Source: an uncultured Erysipelotrichaceae bacterium (GTDB lineage Bacteria; Bacillota_I; Bacilli_A; RF39; UBA660). From it: a stretch of DNA of 32,337 nucleotides. The number at the start of each line of letters is the position of its first letter. The first letter of the stretch is position 1. A model generated the notes under the pieces. The model saw nothing but the letters and a program-made list of their open reading frames with translations, was not told where the DNA came from and did no database searches. Positions 15,943 through 25,448 of the stretch are shown in pieces. A program made the position numbers and the translations under genes. Location: contig CACYEG010000033.1 in the NCBI GenBank assembly GCA_902773365.1, forward strand, positions 1 to 32,337, read 5' to 3'.

Positions 15943-17406
15943 CTAATTTTTTCTCCAGTATGCTAAAATCTTTGGTATGATTTTAATTTCTCTATTCAAT
16001 TTTTCTACTAAGTCTTCTTTATCAAACAAATTTAAGGCATTTAAGAATAGTGGATTATCTAATGCAAGAAATTCCGGATAAGTCTTTTCTATTTCAGAAA
16101 CTGTTGTAACTCCCAATTCAGTTAAAACTTCTTTGTTGGCATTTTTGTTATTTTCAAATGAGCCAATTTCATTGTCTGTCTTTTTCAATAATTCGATTAG
16201 TCCGCTTTTTGCATCTACTTTCATAAATTCGTTATTATAAACATTTATGAGTTTATCAATATCAACAGCTGCAAGCTCGTCCAAGATATAGTAGATAAAG
16301 TCAATAGTAAATCCCATACCATTTCCTTCTTCATCTGTCGTAATGATCTTGATTAACTCATCTAGCTCCTTAGCATCCTTTTTGTAATATATTTCACTTT
16401 GGTTTAAAGTTAACTCTAATGGAAGCTCATGTTTTTTTAATACCTCAATGTTTTCTTTTACTCGTTCGGTGTTTTGTTCAAAAGAAGCTCTTGTTTCATC
16501 GCTAAAGTCTTCATATTTTATTCCGTTACTTTCGAATATTTTTTTTAATGGTGATTCTTCTAATTCTTTTTTTTCGTCGTTTTGTAGCGTTTCACTAGAA
16601 ATGTTATCTTCAACTGCTTCTTCAGTAACATGAGATACTTCTATACCACTAGCTTCTTCTTTAAGCGGTTCAACCTCTTCGCTTACTTCATTTACTTTTT
16701 CACTTGGCAATTCTACTTCTTCTAAATCATCTTTAGTATCGTAATCTAATTCTATTTCCTTTAAGTCAAAATCTATTTTAGGATAATCAGTATTTTCTTC
16801 TTCTGAAATAACTGGTTCTTCTACTGATGTATCACTTTCATCTTCTAATATTTTTGCGATATCTTCTTCAAATTTTTCTTTAGTAGCTGTTATTAAATCT
16901 AATAAATCTTCGGTCTTCTTTATATATGCTTCTTGATGATCCTTGAATATTATTAGCTCATTTAGTTCTTTTTCAGCGTCTTCTTTATTAAATTTGTTAA
17001 TTTCGCGTTTTTCCTGTGTGTTTAATAGTTTTGTCTCTATCTTAGCAATTTTTTCTGTCTTGCTAGAAATCTCACCATCGATATCTTCTTCTTCCATTCT
17101 TTGTACTTCACTGTCAGTATATGAAATATCTTTTTTCTTTAAAGATAATTCTTCGATATCGCCTTTCGTTTTATCTCTAAGACGCCCTAGCTCATCTATC
17201 TTCAAATCGCAATCACGTATTGTTGATGAATACGATTCTATTTCCTTCTTTTTATCGTCAATATCCTTTTCTGCTTTTTGAAGAGGTTCATATCTATCGT
17301 TAAAATCATTGTAAAATTTATCGAATAAAGTGGCAACTGAATCAACTAGTGTCTTTACGCTGTCTATTCTTTCATAGTCACTTGCCTCGTATTTTATTCT
17401 CATCAT
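15943..17406 (-). CDS. acidic coiled-coil protein of unknown function (N-terminal coiled coil, Glu/Asp-rich linker, C-terminal helical domain)
   Basis: 487-aa ORF with no TM or signal peptide. Heptad-like K/E-rich N-terminal ~190 aa, then a very acidic low-complexity stretch (EDESDTSVEEPVISEEENTD...EEVEPLKEE), then a ~200-aa helical C-terminal domain. No family recognised. Confidence 0.75.
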   Translation of the reverse strand: MMRIKYEASDYERIDSVKTLVDSVATLFDKFYNDFNDRYEPLQKAEKDIDDKKKEIESYSSTIRDCDLKIDELGRLRDKTKGDIEELSLKKKDISYTDSEVQRMEEEDIDGEISSKTEKIAKIETKLLNTQEKREINKFNKEDAEKELNELIIFKDHQEAYIKKTEDLLDLITATKEKFEEDIAKILEDESDTSVEEPVISEEENTDYPKIDFDLKEIELDYDTKDDLEEVELPSEKVNEVSEEVEPLKEEASGIEVSHVTEEAVEDNISSETLQNDEKKELEESPLKKIFESNGIKYEDFSDETRASFEQNTERVKENIEVLKKHELPLELTLNQSEIYYKKDAKELDELIKIITTDEEGNGMGFTIDFIYYILDELAAVDIDKLINVYNNEFMKVDAKSGLIELLKKTDNEIGSFENNKNANKEVLTELGVTTVSEIEKTYPEFLALDNPLFLNALNLFDKEDLVEKLNREIKIIPKILAYWRKN

Positions 17407-17433
17407 ATTAACACACCCTTTTATTCTACTAAC

Positions 17434-17462
17434 ATTCTAGCAAAATAACCCTTTTTTGTAAA
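17434..17462 (-). promoter_or_regulatory. possible sigma-A promoter for the coiled-coil protein gene
   Basis: The minus strand reads TTTACA, 17 nt, TAGAAT, immediately after the uvrC stop. Confidence 0.35.
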
Positions 17463-17465
17463 GAG

Positions 17466-19238
17466 TTATTGTTTATTAGAATTATAATTAATTAAATATT
17501 TTTTCAAACTTATAGCAATAGACTCTGGTATAACTTCTTTAAGATCATCAATTGTTGCACCACTAATATTTTTTAAGCTGCCAAATTTTTTTATCAGTGC
17601 CTTTTTCCTTTTTTCCCCAAGTCCTTCAACATTATCTAAAACACTTGAGAGGCTTCCCTTAGACCTAATTTGCCTATGGTACGATATTGTAAATCTGTGT
17701 ACTTCATCTTGCATGCGCGTAAGATAATGAAACACATCGCTAGTCCTATCAAGCTCTACAGTATTCATTTTTTCATCAACCAAGTCACTGGTTTTGTGCT
17801 TATCATTCTTCTTAAGACCAATTAATTTAATTTTTAAATTTAAGCTATCTAATATTTCTTTTGCAGCATTTAATTGCAATTCTCCACCATCGATGATTAT
17901 CAAATACGGCTTTTCTTGGTGTTCCATAAGCATACGATAATATCTTCTATATAAGACCTCTTTCATAGATGAGTAGTCATCATTTTGGTCAATGCTAATT
18001 TTGAATTTTCTATAATCGCTTTTAGAAGGAACCCCATCTTTAAATACTACCATGCCACTAACAGTGTATTCTCCAAAAAGATGAGCGTTATCGAATAAAT
18101 CAATTCTGTAAAGTTTTTTAAGTCCTAATAATTCTCTTAAAGCTTCATTTGCTAAAACTGTTCTCGATTCATCTCTTTTAATTAATTCTATTTCATTTTT
18201 AAGAGCTATTTCGGCATTTTTACATGCTAAATCCAAAAGCTTTTTCTTATCACCCTTTATACTCGACGTAACCTTAATATTTAGTAGATTGCTAAGAGCC
18301 TCTATATTTAAGCTGTTATTTACTATTAATTCGTGAGGTATTTCATTTTTTGAATAGTATAATCCTATAAAATTTTCTAAATCTTCAATATAATTATCTA
18401 CTATTGCAAATATCTCGTTTTTACTTCCTAAAAGTTTACCATGCCGAATAAAGAATATTACAACACTTATATATCCATTCTCTACATAGAAATTAATTAT
18501 ATCTCTATTTACTAAATCATGTAATTCGACTTTTTGTCTATCCAATACTTTTGTGATATAGTCTAATTCATCTTTTAATTCTTTAGCTACTTCGTAATTC
18601 ATCTTCTCGCTATGATAGGAAATTTTATCGACAATTTTTTGTTTAATTATAGTATCGTTTCCTCGTAAAAACGACAATATTTCGCTTTCCATTTGTTCGA
18701 TTTCATTATTATCGGGCTTTTTTACACAGTAACCCAAGCATTCGCCAATATGATAGTATAAACAGACTTCCTTTGGTGTAGTTTCGCACTTTTTTAGTGG
18801 ATATAGTCTGTTTAATAAATTGACTATTCTTCTTGCAGCGTACTGATTTGGAAACGGCCCAAACAAAAGCCTATCCTTCATCTTTTTAACATTTAGATAC
18901 CTAATAATTCGAAGTTTTGGATATGGTGATTTGATATATTCTATGTATGGATAACTCTTGTCATCTTTTAAAAGGATATTATATTTTGGATCATACTTTT
19001 TTATTAAGTTTAATTCTAATATGAACGCTTCATTCTCAGTAGAAGTTACAATGTATTTAAAATACGCTACTTCACTGACCATTTTTTTAGTTTTACCAGT
19101 TACGCGTCCTGTAAAATAGGAAGAAAGTCTATTTTTTAAATCTTTCGCCTTTCCGACATATATGACTATATCGCTGGCATTATACATTTGGTAGCTGCCG
19201 GGTAAATGTGGCACTACTCCAAGTTCATTTTTAAACAT
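17466..19238 (-). CDS. uvrC: excinuclease ABC subunit C (UvrC)
   Basis: N-terminal GIY-YIG domain (GSYQMYNASDIVIYVGKAKDLKNRLSSYF), a central UvrC/RNase H-like region, and a C-terminal (HhH)2 (LDNVEGLGEKRKKALIKKFGSLKNI). AAGGAGG lies upstream of the ATG. Confidence 0.95.
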   Translation of the reverse strand: MFKNELGVVPHLPGSYQMYNASDIVIYVGKAKDLKNRLSSYFTGRVTGKTKKMVSEVAYFKYIVTSTENEAFILELNLIKKYDPKYNILLKDDKSYPYIEYIKSPYPKLRIIRYLNVKKMKDRLLFGPFPNQYAARRIVNLLNRLYPLKKCETTPKEVCLYYHIGECLGYCVKKPDNNEIEQMESEILSFLRGNDTIIKQKIVDKISYHSEKMNYEVAKELKDELDYITKVLDRQKVELHDLVNRDIINFYVENGYISVVIFFIRHGKLLGSKNEIFAIVDNYIEDLENFIGLYYSKNEIPHELIVNNSLNIEALSNLLNIKVTSSIKGDKKKLLDLACKNAEIALKNEIELIKRDESRTVLANEALRELLGLKKLYRIDLFDNAHLFGEYTVSGMVVFKDGVPSKSDYRKFKISIDQNDDYSSMKEVLYRRYYRMLMEHQEKPYLIIIDGGELQLNAAKEILDSLNLKIKLIGLKKNDKHKTSDLVDEKMNTVELDRTSDVFHYLTRMQDEVHRFTISYHRQIRSKGSLSSVLDNVEGLGEKRKKALIKKFGSLKNISGATIDDLKEVIPESIAISLKKYLINYNSNKQ

Positions 19239-19311
19239 ATCTTTCCTCCTTCATCTGATATTATACTACAATATTAGGCAAAAATAAGATATAATTTGTA
19301 TAGGTGATTTT

Positions 19312-19668
19312 ATGGAACTTGTTAATACATATACATATGAAGTTAAAAAATCAAAGTTTATTGGATACTTATATAAAATAGAAAACGAAAGTGAAGTTAA
19401 AAATATTATAAATAAGCTATGGATAGATAATAAAAAAGCAAGACATATACCGTACGCGTATAGATTTAAAAACACTGCAGGAAAGACTGATGATAAGGAG
19501 CCTTCAAATACTGCAGGTATGCCCATTTTAAAAGCGTTAGATAGAAACAAATGTGAAGGATACTTAATTGCCATTGTTCGTTATTTTGGTGGAACAAAAT
19601 TGGGCGCTGGTCCTCTACTCCGATCTTATTCTTTAGTAGCAAACGAAGTATTAAAAAACAATAGTTAG
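19312..19668 (+). CDS. YigZ/IMPACT-family (UPF0029) N-terminal domain protein, short form
   Basis: KSKFIGYL, KARHIPYAYRF, DDKEPSNTAGMPIL and VRYFGGTKLGAGPLLRSY match the IMPACT/YigZ N-domain. It is only 118 aa, so the C-terminal domain seen in ~200-aa YigZ proteins is missing. Confidence 0.8.
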   Translation: MELVNTYTYEVKKSKFIGYLYKIENESEVKNIINKLWIDNKKARHIPYAYRFKNTAGKTDDKEPSNTAGMPILKALDRNKCEGYLIAIVRYFGGTKLGAGPLLRSYSLVANEVLKNNS

Positions 19669-19724
19669 GACATTTACCTATGCGTTGAGTGTTACTACCA
19701 ATAGAATATTATTAGGTGAAACAC

Positions 19725-20513
19725 ATGGTAAATTTTTTTATACATTTAAACCCTGTAATTCAAGCATTAATTGCTACGATAGTGACATATTTGTTCACTG
19801 TCCTTGGAAGTGCATTAGTATTTCCTTTTAAGAATGTTAATCGCAATATAATGGACGGGATGCTCGGCATTGCAAGTGGAGTAATGATTGCTGCAAGCTT
19901 TTTTAGTCTTTTATCGCCTGCAATAGAAAGTGCAAATACTTTAGGGCTTACGCCTTGGATTATAGTATCGATTGGATTCGCTTGTGGAGGAGTATTACTA
20001 TTTTTAACTGATAAAATATCTTCGAATTTTTTAGATAAATATCCTGATGCTTCCAAAAAAAAGCGAACCTTTATGCTAATGTTCTCAATTACTATTCATA
20101 ACATACCAGAAGGTTTAGTTGTCGGTCTTGCTTTTGGTTCAATTCCTTATAACAATACAACTTTAGTAAGTGCTTGCCTATTAGCCCTCGGTATAGGTAT
20201 ACAAAATTTTCCTGAAGGAAGTGCTTTATCTCTTCCGTTTAGAAGAGATGGTATGAGGCCCTTTAAAGCATTCTTTTTGGGGCAAATTAGCGGAATAGTA
20301 GAGCCTATCGCAGGTGTATTAGGAGCTCTTTTAGTACTTAAGGTACAATCTATTTTACCATTTATGCTGTCTTTTGCCGCTGGTGCTATGATCTATGTCG
20401 TAGTAGAAGAATTAATACCAGAAAGTCAAGCAAACAAAAGAAAAGACCTAATGGCCTTATTTACTATATTGGGTTTTATTATAATGATGATACTAGATGT
20501 CGCCTTATCTTAG
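19725..20513 (+). CDS. ZIP-family divalent metal (zinc) transporter, ZupT/GufA-like
   Basis: Eight TM helices with paired HNIPEG / QNFPEG metal-site motifs. I prefer the ATG at 19725 with AGGTG 6 nt upstream. The ORF-track start is a GTG at 19716. Confidence 0.9.
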   Translation: MVNFFIHLNPVIQALIATIVTYLFTVLGSALVFPFKNVNRNIMDGMLGIASGVMIAASFFSLLSPAIESANTLGLTPWIIVSIGFACGGVLLFLTDKISSNFLDKYPDASKKKRTFMLMFSITIHNIPEGLVVGLAFGSIPYNNTTLVSACLLALGIGIQNFPEGSALSLPFRRDGMRPFKAFFLGQISGIVEPIAGVLGALLVLKVQSILPFMLSFAAGAMIYVVVEELIPESQANKRKDLMALFTILGFIIMMILDVALS

Positions 20514-21161
20514 ATAATTAGAGAATATAAGAAAAAACCATAGCAATACAACTAATATCACGATTATACTGATGACATAATTTGCATTTGCAAGTACATG
20601 TCCTTTGTTATCTTCATATATTGCAACTTTAGGAGCTTCCTTTTTAGGTGGAAGTTTTTTTTCTGTATTATCCTTGTTGATATCCTCTATATCAAATTCG
20701 CAAGTACGTACAAATTCGCCGTTTTCGTTCATCGATGAATCGAGGAAAAATTGTTTATTGACATTCAGTGTAGTAGTAGAACAATAAGTGCTTTCTGTAT
20801 CGTAACTTTTGATTATGTAGCCACTTTCTGTTTCTATAAACGGCATGATTGTGAACTTGATATTTCCAGCAATGAAACTGAAACCATAGTCTTCATTCCA
20901 ATTATATTTTAAAGAATCCCACCCCTGAATATACAAAAAATTACTCCGAATAATTTGTCTAATATTCGAGATTACTTCCTTTTTACAAATCAATACGATG
21001 TCTTTGAAGTGTTCTTCCTTTTCACCACTCCATAGTGCGTTTGCATATTTTTTACAAAAGTACACATTATTAAACACTACAGGCATCTTCTTTAAAATTT
21101 CCTTCGCTGCTAATAATTCTGAAGTAGTGAAATCTAAATAATACGTATACTTAGTTATCAT
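20505..21161 (-). CDS. tail-anchored membrane protein of unknown function
   Basis: 218-aa ORF with a ~185-aa soluble N-terminal part and a single C-terminal TM (VISIIVILVVLLWFFLIFS). No recognisable motifs. Its 3' end overlaps the convergent ZIP gene by 9 nt. Confidence 0.6.
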   Translation of the reverse strand: MITKYTYYLDFTTSELLAAKEILKKMPVVFNNVYFCKKYANALWSGEKEEHFKDIVLICKKEVISNIRQIIRSNFLYIQGWDSLKYNWNEDYGFSFIAGNIKFTIMPFIETESGYIIKSYDTESTYCSTTTLNVNKQFFLDSSMNENGEFVRTCEFDIEDINKDNTEKKLPPKKEAPKVAIYEDNKGHVLANANYVISIIVILVVLLWFFLIFSNYLR

Positions 21162-21189
21162 ATGCCACCTCTATCTTAAATAGATTATA

Positions 21190-22353
21190 TCATTGAGCTT
21201 TTTTTTGTTCAAGTTTTTTATCAATATGATTTTTTATTATAGAATATATTATTGCAAATATTGGTACACCAAAAATCATACCGACAAAACCGAATAGTTT
21301 TCCAAACAACAGTATGGAAAATAATACCCAAAAGCTTTTTAATCCTGTCTTGTTGCCAATCATTTTAGGACCTAATATATTTCCATCGAATTGTTGAATT
21401 AAGAATACAAGAATAATGAATGTTAATGCTTTAGCTGGATCTATCATAAGCAATAATAGTGCACATGGTGCAGCACCAATTATCGGACCAAAATAAGGAA
21501 TTATATTTGTAACTCCAACAATAATAGAAATAATTAATGCATATGGAACGTTAAAAATAGCCATGACAATAAATGTAATTAGTCCTATAATAAACGAATC
21601 AATGATTTTGGCAGTCATAAATCCACCAAAAATCTTGTCGGTAAAAGTTAGGGAATTCATAAATGAATTATATGCTTTATCAGGTAAAATAGTCGCTATT
21701 GTTTTTTTGGCGCCCTTAATAAAGTTTTCTTTGTCGAATAAAACATAAATTGATACTACTAAACCGATTGCAACGTTTACTACTCCGCTAACAAAACTCG
21801 TTACACTGTTTGCTATATTGGTAACAACACTATCAGCAGAAGGTACCATTATATTTGTTATATACTCTGTAATGTTCATGTTTATTTTTTCTATGCTAGT
21901 AGATAATTCCGGATTATTTCTAAGTACATTTTTTAAATAATCATAAATATTATTTATATATGTTGGTATATTATTTATCATTACTTGTAGACTATCTAGA
22001 AGATTTGGAACTATAAACAAAATGAAAAGGAATATAATTGTTGCAACAATTAGATATGTTATTAAAAGGGAAACAATTCTATTAAACTTCTGATGTCTTT
22101 TATCATCTCTAAATATCTTAGGGGTTATTTTTTTTGATATAATTTTTTCAAATACTTTTAATAAAGGATTTAATAAATATGCGAATAATATGCCAAGTAG
22201 TATAGGAGAAAGTGCTCTAAATATACTCACTATAATGTTTGTTATAATATGTAAACGCAATAAAATGAAATATAAGACTATACAAGAAGCGAGTGATATA
22301 AAAAGTGTGAATCCTAATTTAACATAATCATTGTTTTTTAATTTATTTTTCAT
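21190..22353 (-). CDS. AI-2E family transporter (PerM/YtvI-like, UPF0118)
   Basis: 387 aa with about 8 TM helices. The length, topology and sequence pattern are typical of this family (IIPYFGPIIGAAP..., FGVPIFAIIYSI). GGAGG lies upstream of the ATG. Confidence 0.88.
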   Translation of the reverse strand: MKNKLKNNDYVKLGFTLFISLASCIVLYFILLRLHIITNIIVSIFRALSPILLGILFAYLLNPLLKVFEKIISKKITPKIFRDDKRHQKFNRIVSLLITYLIVATIIFLFILFIVPNLLDSLQVMINNIPTYINNIYDYLKNVLRNNPELSTSIEKINMNITEYITNIMVPSADSVVTNIANSVTSFVSGVVNVAIGLVVSIYVLFDKENFIKGAKKTIATILPDKAYNSFMNSLTFTDKIFGGFMTAKIIDSFIIGLITFIVMAIFNVPYALIISIIVGVTNIIPYFGPIIGAAPCALLLLMIDPAKALTFIILVFLIQQFDGNILGPKMIGNKTGLKSFWVLFSILLFGKLFGFVGMIFGVPIFAIIYSIIKNHIDKKLEQKKAQ

Positions 22354-22361
22354 AAAACCTC

Positions 22362-22970
22362 CTAATAATTAAATTCATAAACATATGAGTATTCACCAGA
22401 TGTAATTTCTATTTTAAAAATGCTTTCTGCATCAGTGTAGATTATATATGAAGTTCCATCAATGTTATATGTGTATATCGTATTATTTTCTTGACGATTT
22501 ATTATCGCAGAAGACGAATTAAATGTAGCAAAAAGATCTTTAAACATCAAATTCTTTTTTTCGATGTTTTGATACAAGTCATCATATTCTTCTTCTTTAT
22601 CTTTAGTAACTTTAAAAACTTTATCTTCGACAATTTTATATTTGATTATTTCATCATTATTTTCTCTATAACCGGTATCAATGCCATCTATTATTTTACC
22701 ATCAAAGATTACACTACCATTACCACTAATTGTATATTTATATGAATGATTTGCTTTTAAAAGTTTTTCTTGTTTATCAAGAAAAGAAATACTTTGTGTC
22801 ATATTTTTTTCATTAGTTTCGGTATTTTTAATAACTTCATTATTATTTGTAAAACTTCCAGAGAGTGCTAAAAATGACACTGTAAAAATAAGAAAAGCAA
22901 AATAAAGTGATAATTTTATTTTAGTCGGCCCTTTTTCAGTTTTCATTATTTCTTGTAATTTATTTTTCAT
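22362..22970 (-). CDS. membrane-anchored extracytoplasmic protein of unknown function
   Basis: 202 aa with an N-terminal TM/signal anchor (LSLYFAFLIFTVSFLALSG) followed by a beta-rich domain. The start overlaps the fmt stop by 11 nt, with GGAGTG 7 nt upstream. Confidence 0.65.
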   Translation of the reverse strand: MKNKLQEIMKTEKGPTKIKLSLYFAFLIFTVSFLALSGSFTNNNEVIKNTETNEKNMTQSISFLDKQEKLLKANHSYKYTISGNGSVIFDGKIIDGIDTGYRENNDEIIKYKIVEDKVFKVTKDKEEEYDDLYQNIEKKNLMFKDLFATFNSSSAIINRQENNTIYTYNIDGTSYIIYTDAESIFKIEITSGEYSYVYEFNY

Positions 22971-23898
22971 TACACATCACTCCTATAAGTTTCTCTTTTT
23001 TTACTCCATTTAAGTAATCCTTAACTTCGACTTTATTTTTTCCAGATAATTTAATAGTTTTTATAATGATTTCACCATCACTAGTTCCTATTCCGATACC
23101 ATCTTTATATGTAGCACTAATCATACCTGGAGTACTTTTCTTATTACCAATCGATGATCTATATACTTTTACGACTTCCTTATTCAATAAAAAATAAGCA
23201 CCAGGATTAGGGTTTAATGCCCGTATTTGATTATATATCTCTTGAGAAGTTCGATTAAAGTCGATGAATTCGTCATCTTTAGTAATAATTTTAGCATATG
23301 TTGCATCATTATCGTTTTGCTTAGTTCTTGAAGAAGAACCAGAAATGATTTTTGGAAGTATATCAAGTAGTAAATTGTTTGCAGATAAGACCAACTTCTT
23401 AGATAAGCTTTCCAAATCATCGTCTAATGATATTTCAACTTCACTTTTCTCTATTATATCGCCTGTATCCATGTGTTCATCCATATACATGATAGTAATG
23501 CCCGTTTTTTTATGTCCCTCCATAATTGCTCTGTGAATTGGTGCGCCTCCTCTTAGTTTTGGTAGAAGAGATGCATGAACATTGATGCATCCTAAAGAAG
23601 GCAAATCCAAAAGCTCTTTCGGTATAATTTGGCCATATGCACAAGTGATAATAATGTCAGGTTTTGATTTTTTGATGGCATCCATGTCCTTTTTTATATT
23701 ATCTGGTGTAAATACTTCTAGATTGTTATTAAGTGCAAAAGTTTTTACTGGGCTCGGCGTCAATATTTTTTTTCTGCCAACTATACTATCTGGCTGACTG
23801 ACTACAAGTACTACGTTAAAATTGTTTACTAATAAGTTATTTAGTATTTCTTTAGCAAAATCGCTAGTTCCCATAAAAACTATTCTAGTGTCTTTCAT
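22960..23898 (-). CDS. fmt: methionyl-tRNA formyltransferase
   Basis: IVFMGTSDFA, HASLLPKLRGGAPIHRAI, and a C-terminal formyltransferase domain. I prefer the ATG at 23898 (MKDTRIVFMGT) with AGGTGA 5 nt upstream. Confidence 0.95.
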   Translation of the reverse strand: MKDTRIVFMGTSDFAKEILNNLLVNNFNVVLVVSQPDSIVGRKKILTPSPVKTFALNNNLEVFTPDNIKKDMDAIKKSKPDIIITCAYGQIIPKELLDLPSLGCINVHASLLPKLRGGAPIHRAIMEGHKKTGITIMYMDEHMDTGDIIEKSEVEISLDDDLESLSKKLVLSANNLLLDILPKIISGSSSRTKQNDNDATYAKIITKDDEFIDFNRTSQEIYNQIRALNPNPGAYFLLNKEVVKVYRSSIGNKKSTPGMISATYKDGIGIGTSDGEIIIKTIKLSGKNKVEVKDYLNGVKKEKLIGVMCNEK

Positions 23899-23959
23899 CT
23901 TGCTCACCTACTTACATTCTACCATAAAATTAGCAATAATAAAAGCATGTCGCCATGCC

Positions 23960-25399
23960 TTATTCTAGTAAACTTTTTAAACTTGTTTTAACACTCAATA
24001 TTGAAGAGTCATTCTGTTTCATAACATATAATTTTGTTCTGCCAGTTGAATATGTTACATCAAATGAATCATACCCTAGTGCATTCGCATTAGTTACTTC
24101 CCAATTAACTGTATTATTCATTTGATATTTGGCTAATTTATAAATATCTTCAGTACTTATATTTGTTACAAAAGACTTCTCTAATGAGCCAATAATAGAA
24201 GAATAGTTAGTAATAATACTAGGTGATGTGATTTTATCGATAATTGCTTTTATAACAGCTTCTTGATTTTCTCCTCTAGATATATCTCCTTCAGGCAATC
24301 CTTTTCTAAATCTAGAAAAAGCTAGTGCAGCTTTACCATATAGCTTATTTTTACCTTTTCTAAAAGTATATCCGTCATAAGAAAACGCATACTTACTATC
24401 TACTTCAACACCTCCAATAGCGTCGATTAATTTTATTAAAGAAGAAAAATTAACTTTAATATAGTAAGCAATTTTTATGTCATATAGATCTTCTAATGTA
24501 TTAACTGACTCTTCAATTCCATAAATTCCTGCATGGGTAAGCTTGTCGTAAGCTCCCTTAGAATGAAGTTTTACATAATAATCTCGCGGTGTATTAACTA
24601 ATAAAATTTTATTAGTTTTTGGATTAACCGCTATGAGTATATTTACATCACTTCTACTTACCGTTCCAATGTTACCATATGTATCTATTCCGCTTATATA
24701 CATGACGAATGAATCTTTTGTAATGTCAGTAGTAGTTTTTTTAACTTTCTCTACTTCGCTAACTTCGATGGTTTTAATTACTTTATATTTTTGAATCATT
24801 TCATAATACTGTTCATTTAATATATTTTCTAGAGTACTTGTAATAAATATTGCATCTTCTTCTTTAGAAATTCCTGAATTTAATATTGTATCGATTTCAT
24901 CATAATAGGTTTCTTTTTTTAAGGCACCTTTAACCTCTTTTTTAAGTCCAGCTACAGCCTTAATTAAAGTTTTACTGTTATTGTTGAATATTCCAATTTT
25001 TTTATCTTTTAAATCTGATACTTTTCTAATTGGCGATTCTTTTAGTACATAGACATTATATATTTCCCTTTTTGTAATTGCATTAGATGCGCTCGTAATT
25101 AACGATTCTGTAAGATTAATGTTGTATAAAAAATATATTGGTATAATATTCAGCACTATTAGTATAAAAAACGCAATAAATCGAGTAAATCCTTTTTTAC
25201 TTTTTAATGCAAGTAGAAAGATAACTAATGCTACTACTACACAAGTTATACACAATATCATAAAGTATTCCTTTTTAAGTATATCCATTTTGTATATTTT
25301 ATAGACAAATATAAATAGTGAAACGAGTGTTATAAAAAAGAACAATAAGACTGCTCTTTTATACCCCTTTTTATTATTTTCCTTCTTTTTTTTTGCCAT
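23960..25399 (-). CDS. LytR-CpsA-Psr (LCP) family cell-wall glycopolymer ligase with 3 N-terminal TM helices and an extra extracytoplasmic domain
   Basis: LCP core motifs are VSRSDVNILIAVNP, NTPRDYYV and IDAIGGVEV. An additional ~130-aa domain lies between the TM region and the LCP core. AAGGTGA lies upstream of the ATG. Confidence 0.9.
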   Translation of the reverse strand: MAKKKKENNKKGYKRAVLLFFFITLVSLFIFVYKIYKMDILKKEYFMILCITCVVVALVIFLLALKSKKGFTRFIAFFILIVLNIIPIYFLYNINLTESLITSASNAITKREIYNVYVLKESPIRKVSDLKDKKIGIFNNNSKTLIKAVAGLKKEVKGALKKETYYDEIDTILNSGISKEEDAIFITSTLENILNEQYYEMIQKYKVIKTIEVSEVEKVKKTTTDITKDSFVMYISGIDTYGNIGTVSRSDVNILIAVNPKTNKILLVNTPRDYYVKLHSKGAYDKLTHAGIYGIEESVNTLEDLYDIKIAYYIKVNFSSLIKLIDAIGGVEVDSKYAFSYDGYTFRKGKNKLYGKAALAFSRFRKGLPEGDISRGENQEAVIKAIIDKITSPSIITNYSSIIGSLEKSFVTNISTEDIYKLAKYQMNNTVNWEVTNANALGYDSFDVTYSTGRTKLYVMKQNDSSILSVKTSLKSLLE

Positions 25400-25448
25400 A
25401 CAACATCACCTTGTCTATAGTATATATTTTTTTGGACAAGGACACAAA

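Noticed and set aside
19266-19574. A 102-aa minus-strand ORF overlapping the YigZ-like gene.
   Set aside because: It overlaps a plus-strand ORF that carries clear IMPACT/YigZ motifs and an SD. Its own translation is hydrophobic low-complexity sequence with no start signals.
25386-25394. Homopolymer tracts as phase-variation switches: A9 at codons 3-5 of the LCP gene, A7 at 5953-5959 in the large secreted protein gene, and A8 at about 20654-20661.
   Set aside because: They encode Lys-rich n-regions or linkers, which are expected in an AT-rich genome. The lengths are at or below those usually needed for efficient slippage, and no alternative downstream frame is evident.
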